A stretch of 64,000 bases of DNA from the human T2T-CHM13v2.0 reference genome, Homo sapiens, in NCBI RefSeq assembly GCF_009914755.1, contig NC_060936.1; one strand, 5' to 3'. A model generated the notes under the pieces. That model saw only the letters and a program-made list of their open reading frames with translations, was not told the origin of the DNA and did not search any database. The position numbers were made by a program, and so were the translations under genes. Of the stretch, positions 1 through 14,900 are shown piece by piece; the first letter of the stretch is position 1, and each line of letters opens with the position of its first letter.

Positions 1-3000
1 TCCAAACTGCTCAATCAAAAGAAATGTTCAACTATGTGAGGTAAATGCACACATCACAAACAAGTTTCTCAGAATGCATCTGTGTAGTTTTTATGTGAAG
101 ATATTTCCTTTTCCACAAGAGAACCCAAAGCACTCCAAATATCCACTTGCAGATCCTACAAAACGAATATTTCAAAATTGCTGCATCAAATGAAGTCTTC
201 AATTCTGTGAGTGAAAGCACACATCACAAAGAAGTTTCTCAGACTGCTTCTGTGTAGTTTTTATTGGAAGATATTTCCTTTTCCTACGTAGTCAACAAAG
301 GGCTTCAAATAATGACTTGCAGATTCTACAAAAAAAGAATTTCAAAAATGCTGTATGAAAAGATAGGTTCAGCTCAGTCTGATGAATGCACACATCACAA
401 ATAAGTTTCTCAGAACACTTCTGCATAGTTTTTATGTGAACATATTTCCTTTTCCAACACAGGCTGCAAAGAGCTCCAAATATCCACTTGCAGATTCTAC
501 AAAAAGGGAGTTTCAAAACTGCTCTATCAAAAGATAGCTTCAACTCCGTGAGTTAATCGCACACATCACAAAGAAGTTTCTGAGAATGCTTCTGTGTAGT
601 TTTTATGTGAAGATATTTCCTTTTCCACCATAGGCCTCGAAGCGCTCCGAATATCCACTTGCAGATTCTATGAAAAGAGTGTTTCCAAACTGCTCATTCA
701 AAGGAAATGTTCAATTTTGTGAGAAGAATCCACACATCACCAAGAAATTTCTGAGAATGCGTCTGTGTAGTTTTTCTGTGAAGATATTTCTTTTTCCACA
801 ATGGAAGTCAAAGAGCTCTGAATATCCACTTGCAGATTCTACAAAAAGAGTGTTGCAAAACTGCTCAATCAAATGAAAGACTCAACTCTGTGAGATTAAT
901 GCACACCTCACAAGGAAGTTTCTAGAATGCTTCTGTGTAGTTTTTATTGGAAGATAGTTCCTTTTCCCCCATGTGAAACAAAGGGCTCCAAATAACCACT
1001 TACAGTTTCTATAAAAGAGAGTTTCAAAACTGCTCTATAAAACATAGGTTCAACTCTGCGACTTGGATGCACTCATCACAAAGAAATTTCTCAGAATGAT
1101 TCTGTGTAATTTTTATGTGAAGATATTTCCTTCTCCACCAGAGGCCTCAAAGGGCCCCAAATATCCACTTGCAGATTCTACAAAAAGAGTGTCAAAACTG
1201 CTCAATCAAAAGATAGGTTCAACTCTGTAAGATGAATGCACACAAAACAAATGAGCTTCTGATAATGCTTCTGTGTAGTTTTATGTGAAGATGTTTCCTT
1301 TTCCACAATAGGCCACAAAGTGCTCCAAATATCCACTTGCAGATTCTACAAAAAGAGTGTTTCCAGACTGCTCAATCAAAAGAGAGGTTTAACTCTGTGA
1401 GATGAATGCACTCATCACAAAGAAGTTTCTCAGAATGCTTCTGTGAAGTTTTTTTTTGAAGATATTTTTTATGCCTCCATTGGCCGAAAGGGTTCCAAAT
1501 ATCCACTTGCAGATTCTAAAAAGGAGAGCATCAAAACTGCTCTATCAAAGATAGGTTCAACTCTGTGAGTTGAATGCACACATCACAAAGAGGTTTCTCA
1601 GAATGCTACTGTGTAGTTTTTATGTGAAGATATATCCTTTTCCACCATAGGCCACAAAGGGCTCCAAATATCCATTTGCAGATTCTACAAAAAGAATGTT
1701 TCAAAACTGCTCTATCAAATGTTAGGTTCAACTCTGTGAGATGAATGCACACATCACAAAGAAGTTTCTCAGAATGCTTCTTAGTAGTTTTATGTGAAGA
1801 TTTTTCTTTTTAAACCGTAGGCCTCAAAACGCTCTAAATATCCACCTGCAAATTCTACAATAAGAGTATTTCAAAACTGCTCAATCAAAAGAAAGGTTCC
1901 ACTCTCTGAGATGAATTCACACATCTCAAAGAAGTTTCTCAGAATACTTCTGTGTATTTCTATGTGAAGATATTTCCTTTTCCACAATAGGCCTCCTAGG
2001 GCTTGAAATATCCACTTGCAGCTTCTACTAAAAGATTGTTTCCAACTATTCAATCAAAAGAAAAGTTCAACCCTGTGTGATGAATGCACACATCACAAAG
2101 AAGTTTCTGAGAATGCTTCTGTGTAGTTTTTATGGGAAGATATTTCCCCTTCCAACACCGGCCACAAATGGCTCCAAATATCCACTTGCAGATTCTAAAA
2201 AAAGAGAGTTTCAAAACTACTGTATCAAAACATTGGTTCAACTCTGTGAGATGAATGAACACATCACAAAGCAGTTACTCAGAATGCTTCTGTGTAGTTT
2301 TTATGTGAAGATATTTCCTTTTCCACCAGAGGCCTGAATGCACTCCAAATATCCACTTGCAGATTCTACAAAAAGAGTGTTTAAAAACTGCTCAGTCAAA
2401 AGAAAGGTTCAACTCTGTGGGATGAAGGCACACAAAAAAAAGAAGTTTCTGAGAATGGTTCTGTGAATTTTTTATGTGAGGATATTTCCTTTTCCACCAT
2501 AGGCTGCAAAGGGCTCCAAATATCCACTAGCAGATTCTACAAAAAGAATGTTTCAAAACTGTTCTATCAAAAGAAATTTTCAAGTCTGTGAGATGATTGC
2601 ACACACAAAAAAGAAGTTTCTTAGAATGCTTCTGTGTAGTTTTTATATGAAGATATTTCTTTTTCCACCATAGGCCGCAAATGCCTCCAAATATCCACTT
2701 GCAGATTCTACAAATAGAGATTTGCAAAACTGCTCTAACAAAAGATAGGTAAAGCTCTTTGAGTTGAATGCAGACATCACAAAGAAGTTTCTCAGAATGC
2801 TTCTCTGTAGTTTTTATGTGAAGACATTTCCTTTTCCACAATAGGCCTCAAAGCGCTCCAAATAACTACTTGCAGATTCTACAAAAAGCGTTTTTCCAAA
2901 CTGCTCAATCAAAAGAGAGGTTCAACTCTGTTAGATGAATGCACACATCACAAAAAGTTTCTCAGAATGTTTCTGTGTAGTTTTTATGTGAAGATAATTC

Positions 3001-6000
3001 CTCTTCCACCATAGACCTCAAAGGGCTCCAAATATCCACTTGCAGATTCTACAATATGAGAGTTTCAAAACTGCTCTATCAAAAGATTGGTTCAACCCTG
3101 AAAGTTGAATGCAAACATCACAAAGTAGTTTCTCAGAATGCTTCTGTGTAGTTTTTATGTGAAGATATTTCCTTTTCCACAGTATGTCTCAAATCATGCC
3201 AAATAGCCACTTGCAGATTCTACGAAAACAGTGTTTCAAAACTACTCAATCAAAACAAAGTTCAACGCTGTGAGATGAATTCTTACATCACAAAGAAGTT
3301 TCTCAGAATGCTTCTGTGTAGTTTTTATGTGAAAATATTTCCTTTTCCACAATAGGCCTCAAAGTGATCCAAATATCCACTAACAGACTCTACAAAAAGA
3401 GTGTTTCCAAACTGTTCAACCAAAATAATGGTTCAACTCTGTTTGATGAATGCACACATCACAGAGTAGTTTCTCAGAATGCTTCTGAGTAGTTTTTATG
3501 TGAAGATACTTCCTTTTCCACAATAGGCCTCAAAGCGCTCCATATATCCACTTGCAGATACTATGAAAACAGTGTTGCCAAACTGCTCAATCAAAAGAAG
3601 TGTTCAAATCTGTGAGATGAATGCACACATAACAAAGAAGTTTCTCAGAATGCTTCTGTATAGTTTTTATGGGAAGATATTTCCTTTTCTACCATCAGCC
3701 ACAAAGGACTCCAATAACCACTTGCAGATTCTATGAAAAGAGAGTATCAAAACTGCTCTATCAAAAGATAGGTTCAGCTCAATGAGATGAATGCACATTT
3801 CCTGAAGAGGTTTCTCAGAATGCTTCTGTTTAGTTTTTATGGGAAGATATTTCTGATTCCACCTCAGTCCTCAAACTCCTCCAAATATCCAATTGCAGAT
3901 TCCACAAAAAGAGAGTTTCAAAACTACTCAATCAACTGAAAGTTCAACTCTGTGAGATGAATGCACACATCACAATGAAGTTTCTCAGAATGCCTCTGTG
4001 TAGTTTTAATGTGAAAATATTTCCTTTTCCACCATAGGCCTTAAAGTGCTCTAAATATCCAATTACAGATTCCACAAAAAGAGAGTTTCAAAACTGCTCA
4101 ATCAACTGAAAGGCTTAACTCTGTGATTGGTCTACAAATTAGAAAGTAGTTTCTCAGAATGCTTCTGTGTAGTTTTTATGTGAAGATATTTCCTTATCCA
4201 CCTTTGGCCACAAAGGGTTCCAAATAACCACTTGCAGATTCTACAGAAAGAGAATTTCAAAACTGCTCTATCAAATGATAGCTTCAACTCAGTGAGATGA
4301 GTGCACACATCACAAAGAAGTTTCTCAGAATGCCTCTGTGTAGTTTTTATGGAAAGATATTTCCTTTTCCACCATATGCCTCATAGCACTCCAAATATCC
4401 ACTTGCAGATTCTACAAAAAGAGTTTTTCAATACTGCTCTATAAAAAGAAATATTCAATTCTGTTAGATGAATGCACACATCACAAAGAAGTTTCTCAGA
4501 ATGCTTCTGTGTAGTTTTTATGTGAAGATATTTCCTTTTCCATGATAGGCCTCAAAGCACTCCAGACATTCACTTGCAGATTCTACAAAAAGATTGTTTC
4601 ATAGCTGCTCAATCTAAAGAAAAATTCAACTCTGTGAGATGAATGTATACATCCAAAGATGTTTCTAGGAATGCTTCTGTGTAGTTTTTATGTGAAGATA
4701 TTTCCTTTCCACAATAGGCCTCTAAGCACTCCAAATATCCACTGGCCGATTCTACTAAAAGAGTGTCTCCAAACTCCTCAATCAAAAGAAAAGATCAACT
4801 CTGTGAGATGAATGCACACATCACAAAGAAGTTTCTCAGAATGCTTCTGTGTAGTTTTTATGGGAAGATATTTCCTTTTCCAACATCAGACACAAAGGGC
4901 TCAAAATAACCACTTGCAGATCCTATAAACAGAGAGTTTCGAAATTGTTCTCTCATAAGATAGTTTCATGCCAATGAGGTGAAAGCACACATCACACAGA
5001 AATTTCTTAGAAAACTTCTGTGTAGTTTTTACATGAAGATATTTCCTTTTCCACCATAAGCCTCCATGTGCTCCAAATATCCACTTGCAGATTCTACAAA
5101 GTAGTGTTTCAAAACTGCTCTATCATAAGAAAGTTTCAACTCTGTGAGTTGAATGCACACGTCAAAAAGAAGTTTCTGAGAATGCTTCTGTCTGGCTACT
5201 ATGTGGAGATATTTCCTTTTCCACCATAGGCCTCAAAGCACTCCAAATATCCACTTGCAGATTCTACCAAAAGAGTGTTTCCAAATTGCTCAAACAAAAG
5301 AAAGGTTCAACTCTGTGAGATGAATGCACACATCACAAAGAAGTTTCTCAGAATGCTTCTGTGTAGTTTTTATGTGAACATAGTTCCTTTTCCACAATAG
5401 GCCTCAAAGTGCTTTAAATATCCACTTGCAGACTCTAAACAAGAGCATTTCAAAACTGCTCTATAAAAACATAGGTTCAACTCTGTAAGATGAAAGCACA
5501 CATCGCAAAGTCGTTTCTCAGAATTCCTCTGTGTAATTTTTTTTGTGAAGATATTTCGTTTTCCACCACAGGCTGCAAAGTGCTCCAAATATCCACTTGC
5601 ATATACTACAAAAACTTAGTTTCAAAACTGCTCTCTCAAAAGATAGGATCAACTCTGTGAAATGAATGCACACATCACAAAGAATTGTCTCAGAATGCTT
5701 CTCTGTAGTTTTTATGTGAAGATATTCCTTTTCCACCTTTGTCCTCAAAGTGTTCCAAATATCCACTTGCAGATTCTACAAAAAGAGTTTTTCAGAACTC
5801 CTAAATCAAAAGAAAGTTTCAGCACTCTGAGATGAATGCACACATCACAAAGAAGTTTCTCAGAATGCTTCTGTATGGTTTTTATGTGAAGATATTTCCT
5901 TTTCCAACATAGGCCTTCAAGGGCTCCAAATATCCACTTGCAGATTCCACTAAAAGAGTGTTCCCAAACTGCTCAATCAAAAGAAAGTTTCAACTCTGTG

Positions 6001-8960
6001 AGATGAATGCACACATCACAAGGAAGTTACTGACAATGTTTCTGTGTAGTTTTTATGTGAAGTGTTTCCTTTTCCACAGTAGGCCTCAAAGCGCTCCAAA
6101 TATCCACTTGCAGATTCTGCAAAAAGATTGTTTCAAAACTGCTCAATCAAATGAAATATTCAACTCTGTGAGATGAATGCACACATCACAAAGAAGTTTC
6201 TCAGAATGCTTCTTTGTAGTTTTTTATGGGAAGATATTTCCTTTTCCACCATCGGCCACAAAGGGCTCCAAATAATCACTTGCAGACTCTACAAAAAGAG
6301 AGTTTCAAAACTGCTCAATCAAAAGTTACGTTAAACTCTGCGAGTTGAAGGCAAACATCAAAAAGAAGTTTCTCAGAATGCTTCTGGGTAGTTTTTATGA
6401 GAAGATACTTCCTTTTACACCGTCATCCACAGAGGGTTCCAAATAACCACTTGCAGATTCTACAAAAAGAGAGTTTCAAAGTGGCTCTAACAAAAGATAG
6501 CTTCAACTCTGCACGTTGAATGCCCACATCACAAAGAATTTTCTCAGAATGTTTCTATGTTGTTTTTATGTGAGGATATTTCCTTTTCACCATAGGCCTT
6601 AAAGGGCTCCAAATATCCTCTTCCAGATTGTACGAAAACAGTGTTTCAAAGCTGCTCAATCAAAAGAAATGTTCAAATCTGTGGGATGAATGCACATATC
6701 AGAAAGAAGTTTCTCAAAATGCTTCTATGTAGTTTTTATGTGAAGATATTTCCATTTCCACCGTAGGCCACAAAAGGCTCAAAATATCCACTTGCAGATT
6801 CTACAAAAAGAGAGTTCCAAAACTGCGCTATCAAAAGATAGGTTCAACTCTGTGAGTTGAATGCACATATCACAAAAATTGTCTCAGAATGCTTCTGTCT
6901 AGTTTTTATTTGAAGGTACATTCTTTTCCACCATTGTCTGCAAAGGGCTCCAAATAACCAGTTGCAGATTCTACAAAAAGAGAGTTTCAAAAGTGCTCTA
7001 TCAAAATATAGGTTCAACTCTGTGAGATGAATGCACACATCACAAAGAAGTTTTTCAGAATGCTTCTGTGTAGTTTTTATGTGAAGATATTTCTTTTTGT
7101 ACCATGGGCCTCAAAGCGCTCCAAATATCCACTTCAGATTCTACAAAAAGAGTGTTTAAAAACTGCTCAATCAAAAGAAAGGTTCAACTCTGTGAGATGA
7201 ATGCACACATCCAAAGAATTTTCTCAGAATTCTTCTGTGTAGTTTTTGTCTGAATATATTTCCTTTTCCACCAAAGGCCACAAAAAGCTCCAAATATCCA
7301 CTTGCAGAATCTACAAAAAGAGGATTTCAAAACTGCTCTATCAAAAGATAGGTTCAACTCAATGAGTTAAATGCAAACATCACAAAGTAGTTTCTCAGAA
7401 TGCCTCTATGTTGTTTTTATGTGAAGATATTTCCTTTTCACCATAGGCCTTAAGGGGCTCCAAATATCCTCTTCCAGACTGTATGAAAACAATGTTTCAA
7501 AGCTGCTCAAAGAAAAGAATTGTTCAAATCTGTGGGATGAATGCACATATCAGAAAGAAGTTTCTCAAAATGCTTCAGTGTAGTTTTTATGTGAAGATAT
7601 TTCCATTTCCACCGTAGGACGCAAAGGGCTCCAAATATCCACTTGCAGATTCTACAAAAAGAGTGTTTCAAAACGGCTCTATCAAAAGACAGGTTCAACA
7701 CTCTGAGTTGAATGCACACATCACAAACAAGTTTCTCAGAATGCTTCTGTGTAGTTTTTATGTGAAGATATTTCCTTTTCCACAATAAGCTGCAAACGAC
7801 TCCAAATATCCATATGCAGATTCCACAAATAGAGAGTTTCAAAACTGCTCTTTCAAAAGATAGGTTCAACTCTGTGAGATGAATGTACACATCACAAAGA
7901 AGTTTCTCAGAATTCTTCTGTGTACTTTATATGTGAAGATGTTTCATTTTCCACAATTGGCCTCAAAGCGCTATAAATATCCACTTGCAGAACCTACAAA
8001 AAGAGTGTTTCCAAACTGCTCAATCAGAAGAAAGGTTCAACTCTGTGAGATGAATGCACACATCACCACATCACCAAGTAGTTTCTGAGTATGCTTTTGT
8101 GTAGTTTTTATGGGAAGATATTTCCATTTCCACAATAGGCCCCAAAGCGCTCCAAATAACCAGTTGCAGATTCTACAAAAAGAGTGCTTCAAAACTGCTG
8201 TATCAAACGAAATGTTCAACTCTGAGAGACGAATTCACACATCACAAAATATTTTCTCGGAATGCTTCTGTGTAATTTTTATGGGAAGATATTTCCTTTT
8301 CCACCATCGGCCACAAAGGGCTCCAAATAACCACTTGCAGATTCTACAAAAGAGAGTTTCAAAACTGTTCTATCAAAAGATATGTTCAACTCTGTGAGAC
8401 TAATGCACACAAAATGAAGTAGTTTCTCAGAATGCCTCTGTGTAGTTTTTATGTGATGATATTTCCTTTCCACCGTAGGCCTCAAAGCGATCCAAATATC
8501 CACTTGCAGATTCTACAAAAAGAGTGTTTCAAAACTTCTCATTCAAAAGAAAGTTTCAATTCTGTGACATGAATGCACACAAAACAAAGAAGTTTCTGAG
8601 AATGCTTCTGTGTAGTTTTTTTTGTGAAGATATTTCCTTTTCCACTATAGGCCTCAAAGCACACCAAATATCCACTGGCAGATTCTAAAAAAAGAGTGTT
8701 TCCAAACTGCTCAATCAAATGAAAGGTTCAACACTGTGAGATGAATGCACACATCACAAAGAAGTTTCCCAGAATGCTTCTGTGTAGTTTTTATGGGAAG
8801 ATATTTCCTTTTCTGCCATCAGCCACAAAGGGCTCAAAATAACCACTTGCAGATTCTACAAAAAGAGAGTTTCAAAAGTGCTCTATCAAAAGATAGGTTC
8901 AACTCTGTGAGTTGAAAGCACACATCAAAAAGAAGTTTCTCGGAATGCTTCTGTGTAGTT
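1..8960 (-). repeat. Alpha satellite, divergent monomeric array, family A (SF4/Ga-like)
   Basis: Continuous ~171-bp periodicity of the reverse complement of the alphoid consensus (…CACATCACAAAGAAGTTTCTCAGAATGCTTCTGTGTAGTTTTTATGTGAAGATATTTCCTTTTCCACCATAGGCCTCAAAGCGCTCCAAATATCCACTTGCAGATTCTACAAAAAGAG…). Neighbouring monomers differ substantially. The SF4/Ga label is from recalled consensus and is less certain than the alpha-satellite call. Confidence 0.97.
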
Positions 8961-11900
8961 TTTATGTGAAGATATTTCTTGTTTCACCATAGGCCTCAAT
9001 AGGCTATATCCCTATGCACATTCTACAAAAGGAACGTTTCCAAACTCTTCAATCAAAAGAAAGTTTCAACTCTATGAGATGAATGCACATATCATGAGGA
9101 AGTTATTCAGATTGGTTCTGTCCAGTTTTTCTATGAAGATATTTCCTTTGTCACCATTGGCCTCAAAGTGCTCCAAATATCCATTAGCAGATACTTCAAA
9201 AAGACTGTTTCCAAACTGATCAATCAAGAGAAAGGTTGAGATGAAAGCAGGCATCCCAAGGAAGTTTCTCAGAAAACTTCTGTATAGTTTTTAAGTGAAG
9301 ATAATTCCTATTTCACCATAGGGCATAAAGGGCTCAGAACTATCCCTTTGCAGATTCTACAAAAAGTCTGTTTCAAAACTACTCAATAAAAGGAAAGTTT
9401 CAACTCTGTGAGATGAATGCACACATCACAAAGATGTTTCTCAGAAATATTCTGTCTAGCTCTTATGTGAAGATATTTCCTATTTCACCATAGGCCTCAA
9501 AGGGCTCACAAATATCACATTCAATATTCTTCAAAGGGATTGTTTGCAAACTGCTGCATCAAAAGAAAGGTTCAACTCTGTGAGATGAATGCACACATCA
9601 CAAAGAAGTTTCTCAGAATGCTTCTGTCTAGTCTTTATGTGAAGGTTTTTCCTTTTTCACCATAAGCCACAAAGCACTCCAAATATCCATTTTCATGTTC
9701 TACAAAGGACAGTTTCCAAACTGCTCCATCAAAAGAATGTTTCAACTCCATGACATGAAAGTATACGTCACAAAGAAGTTTCTCAGAAGGCTTCTGTATA
9801 GTTTTTATGTGAAGACATTTCCTATTTCATCTTAGGCCATAAAGGGCTGACAAATATCCCTTTGCAGATACTATGAAAAGACTGTTTCCAAACTGCTCAA
9901 TCAAAAGAAAGGTTCAACTCTGTGAGATGAATGGACACATCACAAAGAAGTTTCTCAGAATGCTTTGGTCTAGTTTTTATGTGAAGATAATTCTTTTTCA
10001 CTGTAGGCCTCAAAAGGCTCAGAAATATCCCTTACAGATTGTACAGAAGACTGTTTCAAAACTGCTCAATCAAAAGAAAGTCTCAACTCTGTGAGATGAA
10101 AGCACACAGCACAAAGAAGTTTCTCAGAAAGCTTCTATCTAGTTGTTATGTGAAGATATTTTCTATTTCACAATTGGCCTCAATTGGCTCACAAATATCC
10201 CTTTGCAGATTCTACACAAGGACGGTTTCCAAACTGTTCAATCAAAAGAAACGTTCAACTCTGTGAGATGAATGCAGGCATCACAAAGAAGTTTCTCAGA
10301 ATTCCTCTGTCTAGTTTTTACGTGAAGATATTTCCTTTTTCACTATAGGCCTCAAAGTGCTCCAAATATCCATTTGCAGATTCTAGAAAAAGACTATTTG
10401 CATACTGTTCAAACAAAAGACTGGTTCAGCTCTGTGACATGAAAGCACACATCACGAAAAAGTTTCTCAGAATGATTCTGTCTAGTTTTTATGTGAAGAC
10501 ATTTCCTATTTGACCATAGGCCATAAAGGGCTCAAAATTATCCCTTTGCAGATTCTACAAAAAACTCTTTGCAAACTGTTCAATAAAAAGAATTGTTCAA
10601 CTCTGTGAGATGAAAGCACAAATCACAGTGAAGTTTCTCAGAATGCTTCTGTCTAGTTTTTTTGTCAAGATCTTTCTTTCTCACCATAGGCCTCAAACGT
10701 TTCAGAAATATCCCTTTGCAGATTGTACAAAAAGACTGTTTCCAAACTGCTCACTCAAAAGAAAGGTTCAACTCTGTGAGATGAATGCAGGCATTACAAA
10801 GAAGTTTCTCAGAATGTTTCTGCCTAGTTTTTACGTGAAGATATTTCCTTTTTCACCATAGGCCACAATGCGCTCCAAATATCCATTTACAGATTCTACA
10901 AAAAGACTGTTTCCAAACTGCTCAATCAAAAGAAAGGTTCAACACTGTGAAATGAAAGTCTACATCACAAAGTAGTTTCTCAGAAATTTCTGTGTAGTTT
11001 TTATGTGAAGATATTTCCTATTTCACCATAGGCCATAAAGGGCTCACAAATATCCCTTTGCAGATTCTACAAAAGGACTCTTTCCAAACTGCTCAATCAA
11101 AAGAAAGTTTCAACTCTGTGAAATGACAGCACACATCACAAAGAAGTTTCTCAGAATGCTTCTGTCTAGTTTTTATGTGAAGATATTTCTTATTTCACCC
11201 GAGGCCACAAAGGACTCACAAGTATCCCTTTGCAGATTCTACCAAATGTCTGTTTCTAAACTGCTCAATCAAAAGACTTATTCATCTCTATGAGATGAAT
11301 GCACACATCACAAAGAAGTTTCTTAGAATGTTTTTGCCTAGTTTTTAAGTGAAGATATTTCCTTTTTCACCATATGCCTTAAACCGCTCAGAAATATCCC
11401 TTTGCAGATTGTACAAGAAGCACTGTTTCCAAACTGCTCAATGAAAAGAAACGGTCAACTCTGTGAGATGAATGCAAACTTCCCAAAGAAGTTTTTTAAA
11501 AAGCTTCTGTCTAGTTTTTATGTGGAGATATTTCCTGTTTCACCATAGGCCTCAAACTGCTCACTAATATCCCTTTGCAGATACTAGAAAAAGACCGTTT
11601 CCAAACTGCTCAATCAAAAGAAAGTTTGAACTCTGTGAGATGAAAACAGGAAACCCAAAGAAGTTTCTCAGAAAGCTTCTGTCTAGTTTTTAAGTGAAGA
11701 TATATCCTATTTCACCATAGGGCATAAAGGGCTCAGAAGTATCCCTCTGCAGATACTATGAAAATACGGTCTCCAAACTACTCCATCAAAGGAAAGCTTC
11801 AACTCTGTGAGATGAAAGCACACAACACAAAAATGTTTCTTAGAAACCTTCTGTCTAGCTTTTATGTGAAGATATTTCCTATTTCACCATAGGCCTAAAA

Positions 11901-14900
11901 GGGCTCAAATATATCCCATTCAATATTCTACAAAAGGACTGTTTCCCAACTGTTCAGTCAAAAGAAATGTTCAAATCTGTGAGATGAATGCACACATCAC
12001 AAAGAAGTTTCTCAGAATGCTTCTGTCTAGTTTTTAAGTGAAGATATTTCCTTTTTCAACATAGGCCCCAAAGTGCTCTGAATATCCATTTGCAGATTCT
12101 ACAAAAAGACAGTTCCCAAACTGCTCAATAAAAGGAAAGTTTCAACTCTGTGAGGTGAATGCACATATCACAAAAAGTTTCTCAGAAAGCTTCTGTTTAG
12201 TTTTTATATGAAGATATTTCATTTCCTAACTAACGTAGGCCTCGAAGTTCTCTAAATATCCATTTGCAGATTCTACAGAAAGAGTGCTTGCAAACTGCTC
12301 AATCAAAGGAAATTTTTAACACTGTGAGATGAATGAACACATCACAAAGAAGTTTCTCAAAATGCTTCTGTCGACTTTTTATGTGAAGACATTTCCTTTT
12401 TCACCAAAGGCCTTAAACGGCTCACAAATATCTCTCTGCAGATACTACAAAATACTATCTTCAAACTGCTCCATGAACAGAAAGGTTCAACTCTGTGAGA
12501 TGAATGCACACATCACAAAGAAATTTCTCAGAATGCTTCTGTCTAGTCTTTATGTGAAGATATTTCTTTTTCCAGAATAGGCCACAAGGCACTCCAAATA
12601 TCCATTTTCATGTTCTACAAAAAAGACTGTTTCCAAACTGCTCAATCGAAAGAATCTTTCAACTCCATGACATGAAAGCATACATCACAAAGAAGTTTCT
12701 CAGAAGGCTTCTGCATAGTTTTTATGTGAAGACATTTCCTATTTCACCTTAGGCATGAAGGTCTGACAAGTATCCCTCTGCAGATTCTACAAAAAGACTG
12801 TTTCCAAACTGCTCAATTAAAAGAAAAGTTCAACTCTGTGAGATGAATGGACACATCACAAAGAAGTTTCTGAGAATGATTCAGTCTGGTTTTTATGTGA
12901 AGATATTTCTTTTTCAGCATAGGCCTCCAAAGGCTCTGAAATAACTGTTTGCAGATTGTACAAAATACTGTTTTGAAACTGCTCAATCAAAAGAAAGGTT
13001 CAACTCTGTGAGATGAAAGCACACATCACAAAGTAGTTTCTCAGAAGGCTTCTGTCTAGTTTTTATGTGAAGATATTTTCTATTTCACCATAGGCCTCAA
13101 TGGCTCAAAAATATCACTTTGCAGATTCTTCAAAAGGACTGTTTCCAAACTGTTCAATCAAAAGGAAGGTTCAAATCTATGAGACGAATGCATGCATCAC
13201 AAATAAGTTTCTCAGAATTCAGAATTCTTATGTCTACTTTTAATGTGAAGATATTTCCTTTTTCACTATAGGCCAAAAAGCGGTCCAAATTTCCCTTTGA
13301 ATATTCTAGAATAAGACTATTTTGATACTGTTCAAACAAAAGAGTGGTTCAGCTCTGTGAGATGAAAGCACACATCACAAAGAAGTTTCTCAGAATGATG
13401 CTGTCTAGTTTTTTATGTGAAGGCACTTCCTATTTCACCATAGGCCATAAAGGGCTCAAAATTATCCCTTTACAGATTCTACAAAAAATATCTGCAAACT
13501 GTTCAATAAAAAGAAGTGTTCAACTTTGTAAGATGAATGCACACATTACAACGAAGTTTCTCAGAATGCTTCTGTCTAGTTTTTATGTGAAGATCTTTCT
13601 TTTTCACCATAGGCCTCAAATGGTTCAGAAATATCCCTTTGTAGATTGTACAAAAACACTTTTTCCAAACTGCTCAATCAAAAGAAAGGTTCAACTCTGT
13701 GAGACGAAAGCATACATCACAAAGAAGTTTCACAGAATGCTTCCATCTAGTTTTTATGTGAAGATATTTCCTTTTTCACCATAGTCCTCAATGCACTCCA
13801 AATGTCAATTTGCAGAATCTACCAAATGAGTGTTTCCAAACTGCTCAATCAAAAGAAAGTTCAACTCTGCATGATGAATACACACATCACAAAGAAGTTT
13901 CTCAGAATGCTTCTTTCTAGTTTTTTTGTGAAGATATTTCCTTTTTCACCATAGGCCTTAAACTGGTCACTAATATCCCTCCGCAGATACTTGAAAAAGA
14001 CTGTTTCCAAACTGCTCCATCAAAAGAAAAGTTCAACTCTGTGAGATGAATGCACACAACACAAAGAAGTTTCTCAGAATGCTTCTGTCTAGTTTTTACG
14101 TGAAGATATTTCCTTTTTCACCGTAGGCCTCAAAGCACTCCAAATGTCCATTTGCAGATTCTACAAAAAGAGTGTTTCCAAACTGCTCAACCAAAGGAAA
14201 ATTTCAACTCTGTGAGATGAAAGCCTACATCACAAAGTAGTTTCCCAGAAACTTCTGTCTAGTTTTTCTGTGAAGATATTTCCTATTTCACCATAGGCCA
14301 TAAAGGGCTCAGAAATATCCCTTTGCAGATTGTACAAAAGGACTCTTTCCAAACTACTCAATCAAAAGAAGGTTCAACTCTGTGAGATGAATGCACACAT
14401 CACAAAGAAGTTTCTCAGAATTCTTCAGTCTAGTTTTCATGTGAAGATATTTCCTTTTTCACCCTAGGCCTCAAAGCGCTCCAAATATCCATTTGCAGAC
14501 ACTACAAAAGGCCTGTTTCCAAACTACTCAAACTAAAGAGAGGTTCAACTCAGTGAGATGAAAGCACACGTCACAAAGATGTTTCTCAGAAAGCTTCTGT
14601 CTAGTTTTTATGTGAAGATATTTCCTGTTTCACTATGGGCCATAAAGGGCTCACAAATATCCCTCTGCAGATTCTAAGAAAATATTGTGTCCAAACAGCT
14701 CAATCAAAAGAAAGATTCAACTCTGTGAGATGAATGGACAAATCACAAAACGTTTCTCAGAATGCTTCTGTCTAGCTTTTATGTGGAGATATTTCCTACT
14801 TCACCATAGGCCTTCGAGGACTCACAAATGTCTGTCTGCAGATTCTTCAAAAGGACTCTTTCCAAGCTGCTCAATCAAAAGAAAGGTTCAACACTGTGAG

